Part shown: positions 33,656 through 38,611 of the stretch, piece by piece | Layout of the letters: each line of letters begins with the position of its first letter | How positions within the stretch are numbered: the first letter of the stretch is position 1 | Source: Macrostomum lignano | Lineage: Eukaryota | Length of the DNA: 38,611 bases | Assembly (NCBI GenBank): GCA_002269645.1 | Contig: NIVC01001687.1 | Coordinates: forward strand, 1 to 38,611 | Direction: 5' to 3' | Made by a program: the position numbers and the translations under genes | The notes under the pieces: generated by a model | Databases searched by the model: none | What the model saw: the letters and a program-made list of their open reading frames with translations, nothing else | Told to the model about the DNA's origin: nothing

Positions 33656-35921
33656 AAGGACACGCTGCACATTTCTAGAGACACGTCGCAAAACCGTTTG
33701 AGGGACATATCGCAGCACAACTCCAGAGACTTAAATAGAAAGCTTTTGATACTGGTAAGGTATCTATTGAGATTGTCTATAAAAACATCATTAGTATCAG
33801 TTTAATTACGTACTTTCTATCGCTAGCAGCTACAGCTGACAAAGTGCGCAAGGCTTGTTTAGATTAATAAATATTCGTCCTTAGACTAAAAGCTAAAGCA
33901 AGTTGCTTCACGAAAAATTCCAATAAATATCAAGTCGCTTTATAAGCGTTATATTAGCTGTCTTGTGCCTTTCAGGTAAGCTACATCAAAGACAAAGCGC
34001 AATATTCAAGACTTCGGAAATTCGGTTAACGAATTGCGACGCTGATCTGCTGCATCATTATTCCCAACTAAGAAGATGCGAGTAAATGTAATCTGACGAA
34101 TCACCCCGGAACTGTGAAAGGCTTGTTGCGAGTTTGAGGTTGCAGTACCCGCTATCATTTTCTACCTCCTCATGATGCAGCTTAGTGCCCAGCTGCCAAT
34201 TATACTCGTACTAAACAATTACAATATCGTATGCTAATAATAATTATTAAATTATAACCCTTGTTGATGAAATGTATAGCGGCCCTGACTTTCTAATCGT
34301 CATCTAAACTCCTAAAGAATTTGGCGAGAAAAGGGGAAAAATATGAAGCCAAAGCACAGCTTCCTGCTTGAGCGATTTTTTAGGGAGAGAAAAACTTAAA
34401 GTGCAAACTTAGCAATCAAAGACCTAGGCAGCAAGAGCGTCGTACAGAGGCAAATGCGTCACTAAAAGTTATTTATTAAAGCGCAAAACCCAAACCGCGC
34501 TCACGGACGCATAACATCAAGGGGTGAATCGAAGGGGGGCATTTTTGAGCATTTTTTTACAAGTAATACGGAAGATGACTCAGATTTTCACAATCAGTTC
34601 GTACTCCGAGCACATGTCAGCGAGCGGTTGGATGATTTGCTAAGGGAACTTCGCGGTTTACCAGCCTTGAACGGCAAGAACGGCTACCAGGCTTGACTAC
34701 CAGTCCGAAACTTTGAGATAACGCACCTGCAGCTAGGTCTTGAAAATAGAATACCGATAGAAAACCGGTCACTGTACTATTAGTAGTATTTCCAAAGCAC
34801 TGAATAATCAAGTAGAAGGACACTGCTGCTGCACTTCCAAATCGGGTCGGGAGAATTTGACGTTTTTCTCACCTAATCAGGATTCTTGTATTGAGGTCCT
34901 GACATTCTGCAATTGGATTTTGCAGATTCCGCAGGATCTGCATCAAATACTGTGTGTGTCATCAAAGTTTCTCATTATCTCAAAAAAGGAAACAGACTGA
35001 CTCAGAATTTACATTTCGTAATTCAAAATTAACATGAATACGTTTATTACTCTGAAAGGCAAGGAGGGATGCCGCAGGGCACCTCTGAAAGATTAGATTA
35101 TTTTAATCTGACTGACATTCAACTGAGTCAGAAGCACACTGGACTGCACTGTCCTCTCTCCGCCGCCATCGGAGTACACATTGTACTGTATTTTCAAGAG
35201 TTTAATTCTTCGTAAGGTACTCATTTGGCACAGCAAGGGTGCAGGAGTTCTGATACAGCGTTCTGATGCGAAAATCTTCAAAGTCGTGCAATTCAAACAC
35301 GTGTACTACACATGTACACATGTAAATTTTGCATCACCATGTATTTAGCTGTACAATGTACATGCTTACGATCGTATTTCACCTTTAGCATTTGAATGAA
35401 AACATGATGGAAGTACATGATGGACTTCTTTAAATCACTTGCATTAGTGATTGGGGAGGTGGTTTTTGATGCCATAGACGTTTTTGAATCTCTGGGCTTT
35501 TGGGCCGTTTCGGTATGGCCTGCGGTGCAGGCCTTTGGCCTTCAAATGGTTAATCGGTCACAAGGATCTTTGTCACAAGTAGATTTGTTAAAAGGATCTT
35601 GTCGCAGGATTCATGCCTAGAGGGGCCAACCCGGCCAATACCTATGGTGCAGGGTAACGGGGTCAGCTCAATAAACATGACTGCCTGTCTCGTCGCCGGT
35701 TGCAGGTCGACTGTCACCTGTGATTTGCAGTGGCAATCTAAAAGACAAAACCTACTGCGGTACAGCGTTAAAAGCCATTAGCTCGTACAGCAATCCGAAG
35801 TCGGAGCAAAGCAAATGAGACGCCAAAATCGTTCGGCTGAACAGAGTTCTTCCATCAAAAGAGATTATCGTGCCGCTTGTACAGTAGAAAGTATAAAAAT
35901 AATGTTTACTAATGTAGCCTC

Positions 35922-36027
35922 CATTCTAGAAACTTCTGCGCTCTCCCCATACACCAAAAATAGTAACATTCTAGAAACTTCTGCGCTCTCCCCATACACC
36001 AAAAATAGTAACATTCTAGAAACTTCT
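35922..36027. repeat. 45-bp tandem duplication (2 copies plus a partial copy)
   Basis: cattctagaaacttctgcgctctccccatacaccaaaaatagtaa at 35922 and 35967, partial at 36012. Confidence 0.9.
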
Positions 36028-36294
36028 CTCGCGCATCCCGAGGCTATAAATAGAAACACCCCTAACTGCACCGTAACCAAGACTATCTACTCTCTCTTAC
36101 GCGCACTAATTGCTACTGTGCTAATGCTAAAAATACGCACTTCTCCTCTCTGCCGAGCACTTTGGTTTACTAACAATACTCAAGGTCTCTGTTCGTTCAA
36201 TTACCAGAGATACAACAGGAATGCTAGCAGCTCGAATATATTTGGGCCATCTTGCTGAGTGACAAAGTCATAAGAATTCACGTCAGTTTAGATA

Positions 36295-36470
36295 AGGTCG
36301 GCCCGCAGGCCACACGTCCCTCGAGTCCTTTGAAACTTCACAATAGCAATACGGCCCGCTCAAGGTTCGTGTCTCTTCTCAGATCTCTTTTCTTTAGTCT
36401 CCTCTCTCTTCTCTCTAATCTCCTCTCTCTTCTCTCCTCTCCTCTTCTCTCCTGTGTCCTTTTCAGGGCA
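36295..36470 (+). mobile_element. Fragment of the hAT-like MITE family with CT-rich tail
   Basis: ggtcggcccgcaggccacac...tcctttgaaacttcacaatagcaatacggcccgctca followed by a CT-rich tract; matches 18898-18960 and 3760-3790. Confidence 0.65.
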
Positions 36471-36559
36471 TTTTCAGGGCATCAATATGGCACTTTTTGC
36501 CTCGAATTGTCTATTAAGGCAAAGTAAAGTATTAGGACTTGTATGGTATGTAACTTCGT

Positions 36560-37150
36560 TAAATAATGGCCATAGAAACTCGTGCGTTTATATGTATACA
36601 AGTGCATTAACTGCCGCTAATTTGCATTAAAGTAAGTTTTGACAAAGACAATCGGGCGTTAAATGTCATTAACTGCCCGCTAATTTCGATATTTCTTTAC
36701 TGCAAGCGGGCATAAATGTAGTCTATGGCATTAAAAGGCAAGAATAAAAAGTGCCCAGCGGGCACAAAGGTCATGGTACAATCGGGTATACCATCGCGTT
36801 CTAGTTGATTTAGCTCTTCAATCACGTCGTCTGGAATGTCGAGAATCTCTTCTGACTCGATCTTGTCCGCGAATTCCTTGTTCAATTCCTCCAAATACCG
36901 GCTGTTTGACTCCGCTCAAATCCAGGCCAGCTCTTCGGTCGACATACCAGAAACAACTTTTCTAGGTAAATTTGAATAATTGATTAAGTGATTCATCATG
37001 TTCAGAGCGCGGAAGCAGAATGCTAACAGATTAAAATGTATCCTGCCGTTCTTATTCCTTTTACAGTGAATCTAAGCCCATAAATACTTATGCCTATTTG
37101 TCTATGGTCCTAAATTGACAAATGAGGAGAAAGAATGGCCATAGACACTT
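36560..37150 (-). mobile_element. Degenerate Crypton-like derivative (third copy); boundaries approximate
   Basis: Minus-strand remnant ORF from 36999; GGCCATAGA-type motifs at 36568, 37100-37110 (inverted) and 37137. No terminal hairpin was found. Confidence 0.6.
36697..36999 (-). pseudogene. Remnant of the recombinase N-terminus with an in-frame TGA at 36916-36918
   Basis: MMNHLINYSNLPRKVVSGMSTEELAWI*AESNSRYLEELNKEF...IPDDVIEELNQLERDGIPDCT; similar to LINWKHLP...GVSDSELSFI and DMDQVELDSLPRST of the 5474 ORF. Confidence 0.65.
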
Positions 37151-38113
37151 AAAACTTCCTGCATGTGATAACACAGATCCCGGAATTTTCGTCATTGACG
37201 CCCGGGAATTTCCTACATTATGACAATATTACAACAATATCACAATATCACAATATCACATGCATTGAGAAATGGTATAATTGGTATAATGGAGAAATGA
37301 GAAATTGGTCGGTCGTAAGCGCCCGACCAAAAGTCTACACTGTTGCCCGGAAAAAATGTAAATGTTATAATGACACAATTCCAACCCTTCAGGAAATTTA
37401 AATGTTGCTAATGACGCCACCGATTCCTGGAAAATATATGCTGGCCTGAGGCAATTCCTTTCCTTATCTCACATTGAATAAAAAGTGAATGAAAAGTCAT
37501 GGAGCGCTTTTAACGAGTGAAAATATTTAGTCTGTTTAAGTCATAACTTGGCGGGCAGACAAAAAATGCGCGGTAAACCAACGAAAAAACATCTCAAATA
37601 TTTATTTCGCCTTTCACATGCATACAGCTTTCAAATTCAATGCGATACACTCATAAACTCACGATTACATGTCGTCTGTTACAGCGGGCACTATTACTCT
37701 CAGCTGTTTTAAGGAATGCTTATCATAACTTATTTCAAGCCTAATATCAATTTTCGATGTATCCAAGATCCATAGTGCTGAATTGAAGTCGACTATTTGA
37801 GCACCTGACTCTATTCCAAGTTAGTGATTCCCAAATTCAGATCGTACCTGGCATCAAGCGAGCAATAGAAGTGAATGTTATTAAATTCATTTTTGTGAGT
37901 TTCTTTATTTAGTAGCAACTTCTTCTCAGTAATATTTACTGAGCCCTAGGAGACGCAATAAACTCTGGCCAATCGTGCTTCATCGGACACTTTTTTCAGC
38001 AATTAAGGACAAAAAACGTCAGACGAGTGTCCTGAAACCCCCAACACGGTGCAAGCTACGAGTATAATCCGAGAGCTAGAATCCGAGTCTGCATCGCAAT
38101 GCGTTTTACTAAA

Positions 38114-38430
38114 ATGCCAGACGCCAACATCAGCAGCCATGGCCCCGAGGCCAGCAACGCCACGGGTCCCGGATACAGCAGGCTGTACATTGCTGTGCGG
38201 GCCGTCACCATTCCCGCGGCCGCCGCTGGCCTGCTGCTCAGCTGCCTGTCGCTGACGCTGCTGGTCCGCAAGTACCTGCGCAACCGGTGGTGTTCGACGT
38301 CGGCCTCATCCTGATGCAGCTGGCCCACGTCAACTACTGCCTGGCCACTTGCGGCTACATGCCGTTCGACCTGGCGCTGCTCATGTCGGAGCACACTTTA
38401 GAGGCGTCACTGGCGAACACGTTGTTCGAT
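38114..38430 (+). CDS. Exon 1 of a second, paralogous orphan GPCR (rest of the gene outside the window); one 1-bp frameshift near 38289
   Basis: MPDANISSHGPEASNATGPGYSRLYIAVRAVTIP... then VFDVGLILMQLAHVNYCLATCGYMPFDLALLMSEHTLEASLANTLFD|gtgagc; near-identical to 29073-29333. Confidence 0.85.
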
Positions 38431-38611
38431 GTGAGCTGCTCGATGGCTTATCAATTAATTGCATAATCTGCGGGTCCTTTTCTGATTTGAGCATGTAGAG
38501 AATTCTGATTTGAGATGGGGCAGCTGAAACGAATGTACGTGCGCGGCCACATTAATGTAGGGTTGTTTAATTCGTCTCGTGCAATCCACGCTCATGAAGA
38601 CCAATTCTCAA

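Noticed and set aside
27691-33720. ORFs SVSAL/SPSLP/DGEGR and SRVPETHH/CDVSPELY
   Set aside because: Translations of the 15-bp and 24-bp minisatellites, with no splice or codon evidence.
34600-35800. Several 60-68-aa ORFs between the two GPCR copies
   Set aside because: No homology recognisable to me and no convincing splice structure; lengths are as expected by chance.

Overview
Eukaryotic (metazoan) genomic DNA with spliceosomal GT-AG introns, GC-rich exons and AT-rich, repeat-dense non-coding DNA. A free-living flatworm such as Macrostomum is a plausible source, but this is inference only, from a two-domain small HSP and an orphan peptide-type GPCR pair. Host genes: (i) the last two visible exons of a small heat-shock protein with two tandem alpha-crystallin domains (1216-1877, +); (ii) a 13-exon invertebrate NMDA-receptor GluN2-type subunit (15319 to 2999, -), about 1236 aa once two single-base frameshifts are corrected; (iii) a two-exon rhodopsin-class orphan GPCR (29019-31043, +) and exon 1 of a close paralogue (38114-38430, +). 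The stretch from about 15.4 to 28 kb is dominated by unrelated mini- and microsatellites. The most interesting system is a family of Crypton-like tyrosine-recombinase DNA transposons. A 2.3-kb copy in intron 11 of the NMDA-receptor gene splits a tRNA/CORE-SINE, and comparison with an intact SINE at 24.4 kb defines the empty site and a 5-bp CAATG direct repeat. Its ends are asymmetric: a long GCGAAGC-centred hairpin at the left end, followed by an inverted repeat that pairs with the right end. Two short derivatives (32.0-33.15 kb and 36.5-37.15 kb) share an unrecognised N-terminal peptide domain and a GGCCATAGAC motif, and one repeats the hairpin plus offset inverted-repeat architecture with a different sequence. 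The frameshifts in all genes are isolated single-base indels, mostly losses, and probably assembly errors. All alignments and counts were done by eye; no database search was run.
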